From NCBI GenBank assembly GCA_035457005.1, contig DATICB010000017.1, positions 1 to 60,505 of the forward strand: a stretch of DNA of 60,505 nucleotides. Reading direction: 5' to 3'. This DNA is from Patescibacteria group bacterium (GTDB lineage Bacteria > Patescibacteriota > Microgenomatia > Levybacterales > UBA12049). Positions 28,489-36,336 of this stretch are shown here, one piece after another (the stretch's first letter is position 1; every line of letters begins with the position of its first letter). Below the pieces are notes generated by a model, which was not told where the DNA came from, ran no database searches, and was given only the letters and a program-made list of their open reading frames with translations. The translations under genes were made by a program, and so were the position numbers.

Positions 28489-28872
28489 ATTCTTTTTGAA
28501 TTGTATCACGCGTTGTCAAGTGTGTCAAACCTATAGCCCTTTTCCGATAAAATAGAACATACCCTATAGCATAGATAGTTTCATTTAGACTACTGTGACA
28601 ATCTAAAAAAGATATCCCAAAACATGTGGATAACTTTGGGAAAGAGTTTTAGTTATTCTTTCGTACCCGAAAGAATCAAAGGGTTTTGTTGCAATCTCCT
28701 TTTGTGCTTTCAGTTCCTCACTCGCTCTGTCGGGGGATAACACCCCCTCCACCATTTTGGTGGGTTCCCCCTGATGGCTCGTTCGTTCTTCACGCACAAA
28801 ACATGAGAAGCAACAAAGAGGATTGAGTATAAGAAAGTACGATAAAATAAATACACAATACGAGACGATGTG

Positions 28873-29643
28873 TTATTGGGTAGAAAGGTCAGGGGAGCGG
28901 AAGGTATTGAGGAAGGAGCGAAGGTTGGGGCGGTACTCGTAGGTATCCATTGATTGAATCCAAAGTTTAATCAGACTTGGAATTTTCTTAAATGTTGTCT
29001 TTCGGTGGGGATTTTCTGTTCGGCGGTATTGAAGGAAGTGGGGAAGGTTAATAATGTTTCCAAATTGAAGCAGCTTCATAGTAATATCTGAATACAAAAC
29101 AGCAGATTCCGAGGTATTAAAATACAGCAAATCTTTTGGCAAGACGGTTTTGTTGATCATAATTGTCTCAAAATCCAAAGCAATGCCATGAAGTGGTCTG
29201 TGATAAATTGTCTCGGTGTGTTGGGGGAATGCGCTTTTGCCTGTAGATCTCCCTATGCTGTTAATAAAGGTACACTGTGTACCAACGGCAACGACCTGAG
29301 GATTGTTTTGAAGATACGTAGCCTGTTTTTTTAGTCTATTTTTATACACCATGTCTTTGCCATCCATAAGGGCAAGCAAATGTCCTTTTGCTTTTTTCAG
29401 TGCCCGATTAAGAGTAATTGCCTTGCCATAGTGTTTCACATTACGATATATTCTGATACGATTGTCCAATTGTTTGTAAATTTTAAGAATTTTCCAGGTG
29501 TCATCCCGTGAGAAGTCGTCAATAGCAATTATCTCAAAATCTTCATAGGTGCTGTCAAGAAGACTATCCAGACAGGCAGCAAGATAATGTCCCACATTGT
29601 GGACTGGCAATAAAACAGATACAGATGGTTTTTTCGGTTGCAT
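28873..29643 (-). CDS. family 2 glycosyltransferase
   Basis: VSVLLPVHNVGHYLAACLDSLLDSTYEDFEIIAIDDFSRDDT is a classic GT2 N-terminus with the DxD region. Confidence 0.85.
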   Translation of the reverse strand: MQPKKPSVSVLLPVHNVGHYLAACLDSLLDSTYEDFEIIAIDDFSRDDTWKILKIYKQLDNRIRIYRNVKHYGKAITLNRALKKAKGHLLALMDGKDMVYKNRLKKQATYLQNNPQVVAVGTQCTFINSIGRSTGKSAFPQHTETIYHRPLHGIALDFETIMINKTVLPKDLLYFNTSESAVLYSDITMKLLQFGNIINLPHFLQYRRTENPHRKTTFKKIPSLIKLWIQSMDTYEYRPNLRSFLNTFRSPDLSTQ

Positions 29644-29780
29644 AAACAGTATGGGCAGAGGGATTTGTAGATCCTTTTATACGTGGTCTAGAATGCTATT
29701 CCAATACAAAAAGTGTATCAGAAGACAGGATATCTTGTCAAATCGGCACGCGGTTGTTCTCCGAGACAGAAGGATCTCTC

Positions 29781-29809
29781 TTGACAAACATATCGTCGTA
29801 TGGTGTAAT
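29781..29809 (+). promoter_or_regulatory. sigma70-like promoter of rho (TTGACA-17-TGTAAT)
   Basis: TTGACA 29781-29786 and TGTAAT 29804-29809, with a ~60-nt leader. Confidence 0.45.
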
Positions 29810-29871
29810 ACACATGGTTGCTCCTAAATCTTTCGGAAAAACGTTACCCAAAATGACAATTCAGTAAATCT

Positions 29872-31266
29872 ATGGCGTATAAGAAAACATCTTCTGTCTC
29901 TGATTTTGTTGGTTCTGCAATGCAAAATGCAGATGCCACGGTTGCTGACGAGCAAAAAACAGAGCCACAGCAGCCGGCTACACAACAAGATGTGAAGCCT
30001 TTTGACAGCTCTTCTGGTAAATCATTCAGACCATTTGGCGCTCCTGTTCAGCATAGACCATTCCAGCCATTCAATGAAATGGGTGGAGCACGTTCTTTTG
30101 CAAGACCCGTGCAGCATGATACCAATGGTGTTACGCAGCCTGCACAAATGGCACTCCAGGGTCCAACAGAAGAGGTCACTGGTATTTTAGATGTCCAAAT
30201 GGAAGGACATGGATTTTTACGTCCAAAATTTGTCCCAAGCAATAAAGATATTTACATTTCTGCATCGCAAATTCGCAGATTTATGCTTCGGGCAGGAGAC
30301 AAAGTAGGCGGCGTTGCGAGACCACCAAAAGATAATGAGAGGTATTATGGTTTGCTGAAAGTCGAAACAGTCAACGGCAAGAGTGCGGAGGAGACACTGA
30401 AAAGACCATGGTTTGACGACCTAACTCCAGTCTATCCAAATAAACAAATCAAATTATCTACCGGCAAAACACCAATGTCCACCCGCATTATTGATTTGGT
30501 TGCGCCAATTGGATTTGGACAACGGGGCATGATTGTGTCACCTCCAAAAGCTGGAAAAACAACCATTATTAAAGAAATTGCAGCAGGAATTTCTGCCAAC
30601 TTTCCAGATGTTCATTTAATGGCAGCACTTATTGCAGAACGTCCTGAGGAAGTAACAGATATTTCTCAATCGGTAAAGGGGGAAGTAGTTGCTTCAAATT
30701 TTGACGAGTCACCAGAAAACCAAATTCGCGTTGCAGAAATTACATTAGAGCGAGCAAAAAGACTTGTTGAAGAAGGAAAAGATGTTGTTATTCTTTTGGA
30801 TTCGATCACGCGACTTGCCCGTGCATACAATTTGGGTGTTGCACCATCTGGTCGTACACTTTCCGGCGGATTTGATCCAGCAGCATTATTCCCAGCCAAG
30901 AAATTCTTCGGTGCAGCACGAAATTGCCAGGAAGGTGGAAGCCTCACTATTATCGGAACAGCGCTTATAGAAACAGGATCCAGAATGGATGATCTTATAT
31001 ATGAAGAATTTAAAGGAACGGGCAATATGGAATTGCACTTAGTTCGATCTCTTGCAGAAAGAAGAATTTTCCCAGCAATTGATGTAGCAAAGTCAGGTAC
31101 TCGAGAAGAAGCACGAATTCTTCCAGAAGAAACCTTAAAGCAAGTTGTTACACTTCATAGAATGCTTGATATGTTGGGAGAAGGAGAGCGAACAGAGCGC
31201 TTAATGGAGCAGCTTTCCAAAACAGATGATAATGCAGATTTCTTAAAAACCCTCAAAGTTTCCTAA
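29872..31266 (+). CDS. rho: transcription termination factor Rho with a ~100-aa low-complexity N-terminal extension
   Basis: Motifs GILDVQMEGHGFLRP, Walker A PPKAGKTT, and RIFPAIDVAKSGTREE. Confidence 0.95.
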   Translation: MAYKKTSSVSDFVGSAMQNADATVADEQKTEPQQPATQQDVKPFDSSSGKSFRPFGAPVQHRPFQPFNEMGGARSFARPVQHDTNGVTQPAQMALQGPTEEVTGILDVQMEGHGFLRPKFVPSNKDIYISASQIRRFMLRAGDKVGGVARPPKDNERYYGLLKVETVNGKSAEETLKRPWFDDLTPVYPNKQIKLSTGKTPMSTRIIDLVAPIGFGQRGMIVSPPKAGKTTIIKEIAAGISANFPDVHLMAALIAERPEEVTDISQSVKGEVVASNFDESPENQIRVAEITLERAKRLVEEGKDVVILLDSITRLARAYNLGVAPSGRTLSGGFDPAALFPAKKFFGAARNCQEGGSLTIIGTALIETGSRMDDLIYEEFKGTGNMELHLVRSLAERRIFPAIDVAKSGTREEARILPEETLKQVVTLHRMLDMLGEGERTERLMEQLSKTDDNADFLKTLKVS

Positions 31267-31697
31267 CTATTTTTTAACGACTGTGTTCTTCTACTGGGAA
31301 AAAATCGAGACAAAGGTCTGATTCTTAACGCCCGACGAAGTTCTCTTGTGTCAAGTCCAAACAAAACAGTTCGGGAGACAGGATAAGAATCTTCTTGTAC
31401 TTTTCCATCAACATTTTGTTGCACGCTGACAGACTTAGTAAGGATAAAAGTAGGGTATGCGCCGTCCCATCCCATGCGAATAAATAGTTCTGCAATTTTA
31501 TCGTGTTCTGCCTGCTCTTGTGGGAGCGGACCGCCGTCTTTATCTTCAAGATACGTCCAATCATACGTAAATCCTTTTCGGTTAAGTGGCCATCGGTAGT
31601 TATGAACAAATGTGTCTAATTGCTTTTTTGCATCTGTACAATGGGGGCACCACTCTGCTGCAACAACATCTAAATGATAGGTTTCATGAGCATTCAT
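31263..31697 (-). CDS. thioredoxin-fold protein with a CPHC motif
   Basis: The motif is AEWCPHCTDAKKQL. The gene is convergent with rho and overlaps it by 4 nt. Confidence 0.6.
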   Translation of the reverse strand: MNAHETYHLDVVAAEWCPHCTDAKKQLDTFVHNYRWPLNRKGFTYDWTYLEDKDGGPLPQEQAEHDKIAELFIRMGWDGAYPTFILTKSVSVQQNVDGKVQEDSYPVSRTVLFGLDTRELRRALRIRPLSRFFPSRRTQSLKNS

Positions 31698-31756
31698 AGG
31701 ATAAGGGCAAGACTATATACCTAGAGTGTATATTTGTCAAATGGATTTGACTCAAA

Positions 31757-32920
31757 ATGCTCATTTTGATACCATTGGAGAACTCCATGCATGTATTTTT
31801 TTCAAAAGTTGGCAAAACAAAAAATGTGGTTGTGTCGTGGATACAACTCGTGAGTGAATTTCTTAGATTTGTCTATTCCTACACCAGACACCACATGATG
31901 TCTGTGATTGCTTTTTTAGAAAGCATCAAGAATATTTTGGTTCACTTTTTTCAAATGAAACGAGGCCGATACACCCGGCCTTTTTTGCACTTTGCGACCA
32001 TTTTGGTTATTGGCTTGGGTGTAATGATAACACCATTTCTAGCAGATACATTTCCACTTTTTGCAGCACAAACCCAAGGTCTTGAGAAAACGCCAAGTCC
32101 CAACAGTACGCAGCAATCAATAGCTGTAGATACCAATGTATTTCAAACACAAATTTCTTCCCAACTTCGCAGCAAAATTATTGATTACACTGTTGAAAAA
32201 GGAGATACATTGTCATCAATTGCACAGAAATTTGGCATTTCTGAGGATACCATTAAATGGGCAAATGACCTGACAGACGATGGTCTGACAGTAGGGGATA
32301 GTCTTAAAATATTACCAGTTACCGGCGTTGCGTACAAAGTCCAAGCAGGCGATACCGTGTACTCCATTGCCAAAAAGTATGCCACTGACGCACAGAAAAT
32401 CGTTGATTTTCCTTTCAATGATTTTGCCAATCCCGAAACCTTCTCACTTGTTTCTGGGCAAATTCTTATTGTCCCGGATGGTGTGCAGCCGTCAAGTCAG
32501 CCGACCTATTCTGCGCCAGTCTATGCGCAGGTTCCTGAGTATTCAGGAGAAGTTTCAGGAGGATTTGTTTGGCCAATCAGAGGTCTTCTGACGCAGTATT
32601 TCAGCTTGTATCATACAGGACTTGATATCGCAGGACCTGTTGGGACGCCAATCTATGCTGCCAAAAGTGGCGTGATTGATGAAAGCTCATGTGGCTGGAA
32701 TTACGGCTATGGATGTCATATTTTAATGGACAATGGCGGAGGCTACTCAACCATGTACGCGCACATGGTAAGCCAACCAGTCGTTGGGGTGGGGCAAAGT
32801 GTGTCTCAGGGTCAGCTGATTGGCTACAGAGGGTCTACCGGAAGATCTACCGGACCACACACCCATTTTGAAATTAGGATTGGTGGACATGTGGTCAATC
32901 CACTTCCATATTTACCTTGA
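31757..32920 (+). CDS. LysM-domain M23 metallopeptidase (cell-wall hydrolase)
   Basis: N-terminal TM helix, two LysM repeats (YTVEKGDTLSSIAQKFG and YKVQAGDTVYSIAKKY), and M23 motifs HTGLDIAGPVGTPIYAA and GPHTHFEI. The start is uncertain. Confidence 0.9.
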   Translation: MLILIPLENSMHVFFSKVGKTKNVVVSWIQLVSEFLRFVYSYTRHHMMSVIAFLESIKNILVHFFQMKRGRYTRPFLHFATILVIGLGVMITPFLADTFPLFAAQTQGLEKTPSPNSTQQSIAVDTNVFQTQISSQLRSKIIDYTVEKGDTLSSIAQKFGISEDTIKWANDLTDDGLTVGDSLKILPVTGVAYKVQAGDTVYSIAKKYATDAQKIVDFPFNDFANPETFSLVSGQILIVPDGVQPSSQPTYSAPVYAQVPEYSGEVSGGFVWPIRGLLTQYFSLYHTGLDIAGPVGTPIYAAKSGVIDESSCGWNYGYGCHILMDNGGGYSTMYAHMVSQPVVGVGQSVSQGQLIGYRGSTGRSTGPHTHFEIRIGGHVVNPLPYLP

Positions 32921-32958
32921 GAGTATCTAGTATTTTTATTTTTATAAAACTCCTCTTT

Positions 32959-32993
32959 ATACCAAATACAAAATACCATATACTACATACTAT
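32959..32993 (+). repeat. 7-nt-periodic array (ATACnnn)x5 just upstream of tRNA-Ala(CGC)
   Basis: The units are ataccaa atacaaa ataccat atactac atactat. Confidence 0.8.
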
Positions 32994-32996
32994 TCT

Positions 32997-33067
32997 GGGC
33001 CATTAGCATAGTGGTAGTGCGCTACATTCGCATTGTAGATACAGCGGTCCGATTCCGCTATGGTCCA
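32997..33067 (+). tRNA. tRNA-Ala (anticodon CGC) with an atypical T-loop
   Basis: Acceptor GGGCCAT/ATGGTCC with G3:U70. Anticodon loop TTCGCAT. T-stem AGCGG/CCGCT, but the T-loop is TCCGATT, with C at the usual U55 position. Confidence 0.7.
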
Positions 33068-33071
33068 CCCA

Positions 33072-33144
33072 GGGCCGGTAGCTTAGTTGGTAGAGCGCCT
33101 CCATGGCATGGAGGAGGTCGAGAGTTCAAGTCTCTTCCGGTCCA
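33072..33144 (+). tRNA. tRNA-Ala (anticodon GGC)
   Basis: Acceptor GGGCCGG/CCGGTCC with G3:U70. Anticodon loop ATGGCAT. T-loop TTCAAGT. It lies 4 nt after the previous tRNA. Confidence 0.9.
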
Positions 33145-33184
33145 CAATTTAGCCTCAGAGTTATCAGTCAGTACGCATTGTCAG

Positions 33185-33213
33185 TTGTCTTCTAGCCTCA
33201 ATTTTGCTATACT
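33185..33213 (+). promoter_or_regulatory. sigma70-like promoter (TTGTCT-17-TATACT), ATG 8 nt downstream
   Basis: TTGTCT 33185-33190, TATACT 33208-33213, ATG 33222. Confidence 0.5.
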
Positions 33214-33221
33214 TATCTCCC

Positions 33222-33410
33222 ATGACGGAAGAAAGACGCGGAAAGCGCAGAGGACCAAATACGGACGCACATAATGATACGATCAGCAGAGAAAGGCGAA
33301 GAAAAAGCCGAGAAAGAGGTCGTGTTCCGCTTACAGAACAGCACAAGAAGAGGATCGGTGAAGGCAGAACGCGAAACAGTAGAGCAAGGCAACAAGGGGA
33401 ACAGCGCTAG
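33222..33410 (+). CDS. small highly basic protein (62 aa) with an MTE start
   Basis: Translation begins MTEERRGKRRGPNTDAHNDTISRERRRKSRERGR. The ORF-track start at 33204 lies inside the -10 box, so ATG 33222 is preferred. Confidence 0.45.
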   Translation: MTEERRGKRRGPNTDAHNDTISRERRRKSRERGRVPLTEQHKKRIGEGRTRNSRARQQGEQR

Positions 33411-33540
33411 CTCTTCTTGCCCTTTTGCCCCATTTCTGCTATACTATTGGGAGTGAATTTCTCCAAGGGTCACCTTTTCATCTAGAAATAGGAACAGTTG
33501 GAAATAAAAAGATAAAATTCCAGATGGGGGGTGACTATCA

Positions 33541-33837
33541 ATGCAAGATCAAACATTAACATGCGCAGACTGTGGTAAGCCATTTACATGGACTGCTTCA
33601 GAACAGCAATTCTACCAGCAAAAAGGTTTCACAAATCCACCAAAACGATGTCCAGATTGTCGAGCAGCTAAAAAGGCTCGAATGGGTGACAATCGAGGCG
33701 GATTTGGCGGAGGCCAAAGACAGATGTACGAAATAACTTGTGCAAATTGTGGTAAAAAGGACACAGTGCCTTTCCAACCTCGAGGCGACAAGCCGGTTTT
33801 GTGCCGAGACTGTTTTAGGCAGCAAAAAGGCGCCTAA
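33541..33837 (+). CDS. double zinc-ribbon protein (CxxC-x17-CxxC type)
   Basis: The two ribbons are CADCGKPF...CPDC and CANCGKKDTVPFQPRGDKPVLCRDC. Confidence 0.8.
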   Translation: MQDQTLTCADCGKPFTWTASEQQFYQQKGFTNPPKRCPDCRAAKKARMGDNRGGFGGGQRQMYEITCANCGKKDTVPFQPRGDKPVLCRDCFRQQKGA

Positions 33838-34024
33838 CAAATTATCCAACCAGCAAGAAACGTATCAATTCATTGAAAAGCTCCCAGGGGTTGGATTTTT
33901 TGTGGAAAAAAAGTTTTTTCTTCTTTCTGTTCCGACAAAAAGAAGCAGAGAGCTCTCGTCACGTTAGTTCATCATGGTTCAATTGCTCACTCACGGTACT
34001 AAGTGACGAATAGAAAATCGTGGT

Positions 34025-36094
34025 TTATTTAGTTGGTGTAGGGGAGACCAAAGGCACTTGCTGTGTCTGAGTTGGCAATCCATTTGCTTGTGGCAAAGAT
34101 AGTTGCTGTTGTGTGCCAGATGTTTGACCTTGTGTTGTTGGCTGTTGCTGTCCTCCATTACCTATTTTTGCCTGAAGTGCTGCTATTTCGTCGCTGATCC
34201 TTTTCTCGTTTTGCGCATCTGCCGCGACTAATTGTTTGACGATTTGATACTGTGCTACTGCGTTTTGAAGATCTCCTTTTTGCTCGTATGCGTGGCCAAG
34301 ATTGTAATATGCATTTGCATAATCCTGCTTAAGACTGATTGCCTGCTGGAACATCCGAATTGCATTGTCGTATTGGCCAATTTGGTAATACAAACCACCA
34401 AGGCTCAAGTATTCTTGTGGATTTGCGCTATCAAGTGCTGCTGCTTGTTGTGCTGCTGCTATAGCAAAATCCTGCGCATTTTGACCAACACCAATGAGCG
34501 ACCGGTAAACACTGGAGAGATTTTGCCATGCACTGACTGATTGGGGCGCAAGTGTTGTTGCTTGTCGTCCAACAGTAATTGCTTGCTGAATAAGCGTGAA
34601 TGCTGTTTGTTGTGTTGTCGCGCTTGGCGATGATTTACCGGCTTGCAGTGCTAACAGCGAGTTGGCAAGTGCAATATTTGTTTGAGAGAAAATGCGGTAG
34701 TAATCGCTTCGATATGGGAAAGTGGTGATTGCTTGTGCTTGGAGCTTGTATGCAATTGTTCCATTATTGGTACTTGCTGCAGACAGGGACTGCTGGAATA
34801 AAGCATCGGACAGCGCATAGGTTGTTGTATAGAATCCAAGAAGAACAACGAGTGCAAGAAGAACAACCAGTGCAACAATTGGTGTTGGGCGGCTATCTTT
34901 TTTGCCTGTCTGATTTTCATCAAGTGTCGTAAAGGCAAAAACACCTTTTTTCAAAGCAACAAATTGCAATTCAATGTCAAAGTAATCTTGTGGCATTCGC
35001 TCTCTTTGGGACAGAGTGAATCCTGCCATAAGGAAGAAAAGCAGCGCAACTTCGACAAACGAGAAAGGAACAACAACCGATAAGAGAAATGCGACAATAA
35101 GTGAAATAAAGAATGGATTTTTTTGCTTTTTGGCAATTGGCAAGATGCTTCGGTATGCCATGAATAAGAAAGATAAAATACCAACCAATCCTGTTGTTGC
35201 CAAAAGCTCTAAGACATAACTTGATGAATTGTTGAAAGAGAGAAACCACAACTGCTGATTGGTGTTAAAAGAACTGTTATGGAACCTTGCGAAAATTGAG
35301 GCAAAATTACCATAGCCTTCTCCAAAGAAAAATGTCTGCAAAACTCTGCCACTATCTTGAGAAATTGCTGCAAATGCTGTTTGGAATCCTGCGTCAAAAG
35401 GCAAGAGTGTTGGCTTTTGTGCTCCCAAAAGTGGCATAGCAACAACTGCGAGTCCAGCAACTAAAGCGAGTCCTGCTATAGCAAAGACACCAACACGTGC
35501 TGTGAGATGTTTTTTGACAACAGGAAGAATAAAAGAAAATGTTAATGGCAAAACAATCGCCATATAGAGGGCATATTCTATATATGTATTGAGTGTTGTA
35601 AACGTTGCGACTCGTGTTGACGCAAATGGCAACAAATAGACTTTGTAGTAAGACAAAACAGTAATGACTGTTGCCAAGACTGCACCTGTGAGTAAGCTGC
35701 TTAAGAAAAATAATGCGACTTTACGTGTCTTAAAGATATTTACTAATACAAAGTAACTCAGTGCTAAGAAAACAACTGGCAAGGAAGTAATCAAACTATC
35801 CATTCTGTTGGCAGAAAAAAATGCAGAGATCATGACTGCAACAGTGAATAGAATAATTGGAACATCCAGTGGTGTTCTCCTCACACGGACTTGTCCTTGT
35901 AACACCATTTGTACTCCCCATGCAATCAGTGAGACAAAAACGACAAATGCCAAAAGCAAAATTTTTGGCAAGAAAAACCCATCTGTCGTGAATGTACCCA
36001 CAACCAGTGGAAAAGCTAAAAAGGTAAGTCCCCATAAAAAGAAAAGACTTGATTCAATGTGTTGAGAAAGTTGTTGTTTTTGCTCGGTTGTCAT
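34025..36094 (-). CDS. O-antigen ligase/polymerase-like polytopic membrane protein with C-terminal TPR repeats
   Basis: About 12 TM helices, a Wzy_C-like loop region, and TPR motifs (YYNLGHAYEQKGDLQNAVAQYQ). Confidence 0.75.
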   Translation of the reverse strand: MTTEQKQQLSQHIESSLFFLWGLTFLAFPLVVGTFTTDGFFLPKILLLAFVVFVSLIAWGVQMVLQGQVRVRRTPLDVPIILFTVAVMISAFFSANRMDSLITSLPVVFLALSYFVLVNIFKTRKVALFFLSSLLTGAVLATVITVLSYYKVYLLPFASTRVATFTTLNTYIEYALYMAIVLPLTFSFILPVVKKHLTARVGVFAIAGLALVAGLAVVAMPLLGAQKPTLLPFDAGFQTAFAAISQDSGRVLQTFFFGEGYGNFASIFARFHNSSFNTNQQLWFLSFNNSSSYVLELLATTGLVGILSFLFMAYRSILPIAKKQKNPFFISLIVAFLLSVVVPFSFVEVALLFFLMAGFTLSQRERMPQDYFDIELQFVALKKGVFAFTTLDENQTGKKDSRPTPIVALVVLLALVVLLGFYTTTYALSDALFQQSLSAASTNNGTIAYKLQAQAITTFPYRSDYYRIFSQTNIALANSLLALQAGKSSPSATTQQTAFTLIQQAITVGRQATTLAPQSVSAWQNLSSVYRSLIGVGQNAQDFAIAAAQQAAALDSANPQEYLSLGGLYYQIGQYDNAIRMFQQAISLKQDYANAYYNLGHAYEQKGDLQNAVAQYQIVKQLVAADAQNEKRISDEIAALQAKIGNGGQQQPTTQGQTSGTQQQLSLPQANGLPTQTQQVPLVSPTPTK

Positions 36095-36172
36095 AGATAA
36101 TTTTCTTTCAGTATGTATAACTGTAACAAGGCAAAAAGTATAATGTCAAGGAGAATTTTTACTATTAACATA

Positions 36173-36260
36173 GGCTTTGTCCTTCGGATACCATGAGAGC
36201 CTGCTAGATAGTATTTGCCACCGCAAATACTACGTAATATGTGCTGTTTCAGCAGGGCAG
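36173..36260 (+). ncRNA. structured ~90-nt RNA element, copy 2
   Basis: See 19661..19750. This copy is flanked by imperfect 25-nt direct repeats: tgtcaaggagaatttttactattaa at 36144-36168 and tgtcaaggaagaaaaatactattta at 36264-36288. Confidence 0.5.
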
Positions 36261-36336
36261 TACTGTCAAGGAAGAAAAATACTATTTATATCAACTTTTC
36301 TTATAGACAAACATACTATATATAGTATGTTCTTTT

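Noticed and set aside
28732-28764. GGGGGATAACACCCCCTCCACCA, which superficially resembles a tmRNA/tRNA T-arm plus CCA end.
   Set aside because: Only 3 nt plus a discriminator would be left for the acceptor strand, the T-loop is not TTCGA-like, and no matching 5' GGGG acceptor or tag ORF was found. CCACCA is better explained as half of the adjacent ccacca-ttt-tggtgg hairpin.
33011-33346. ORFs 33011-33274 (+) and 33164-33346 (-), plus 33213-33395 (-) and 33274-33456 (+).
   Set aside because: The first overlaps two tRNA genes. The others are alternative-frame or antisense readings of the small basic-protein gene 33222-33410, which has the better promoter and start geometry.
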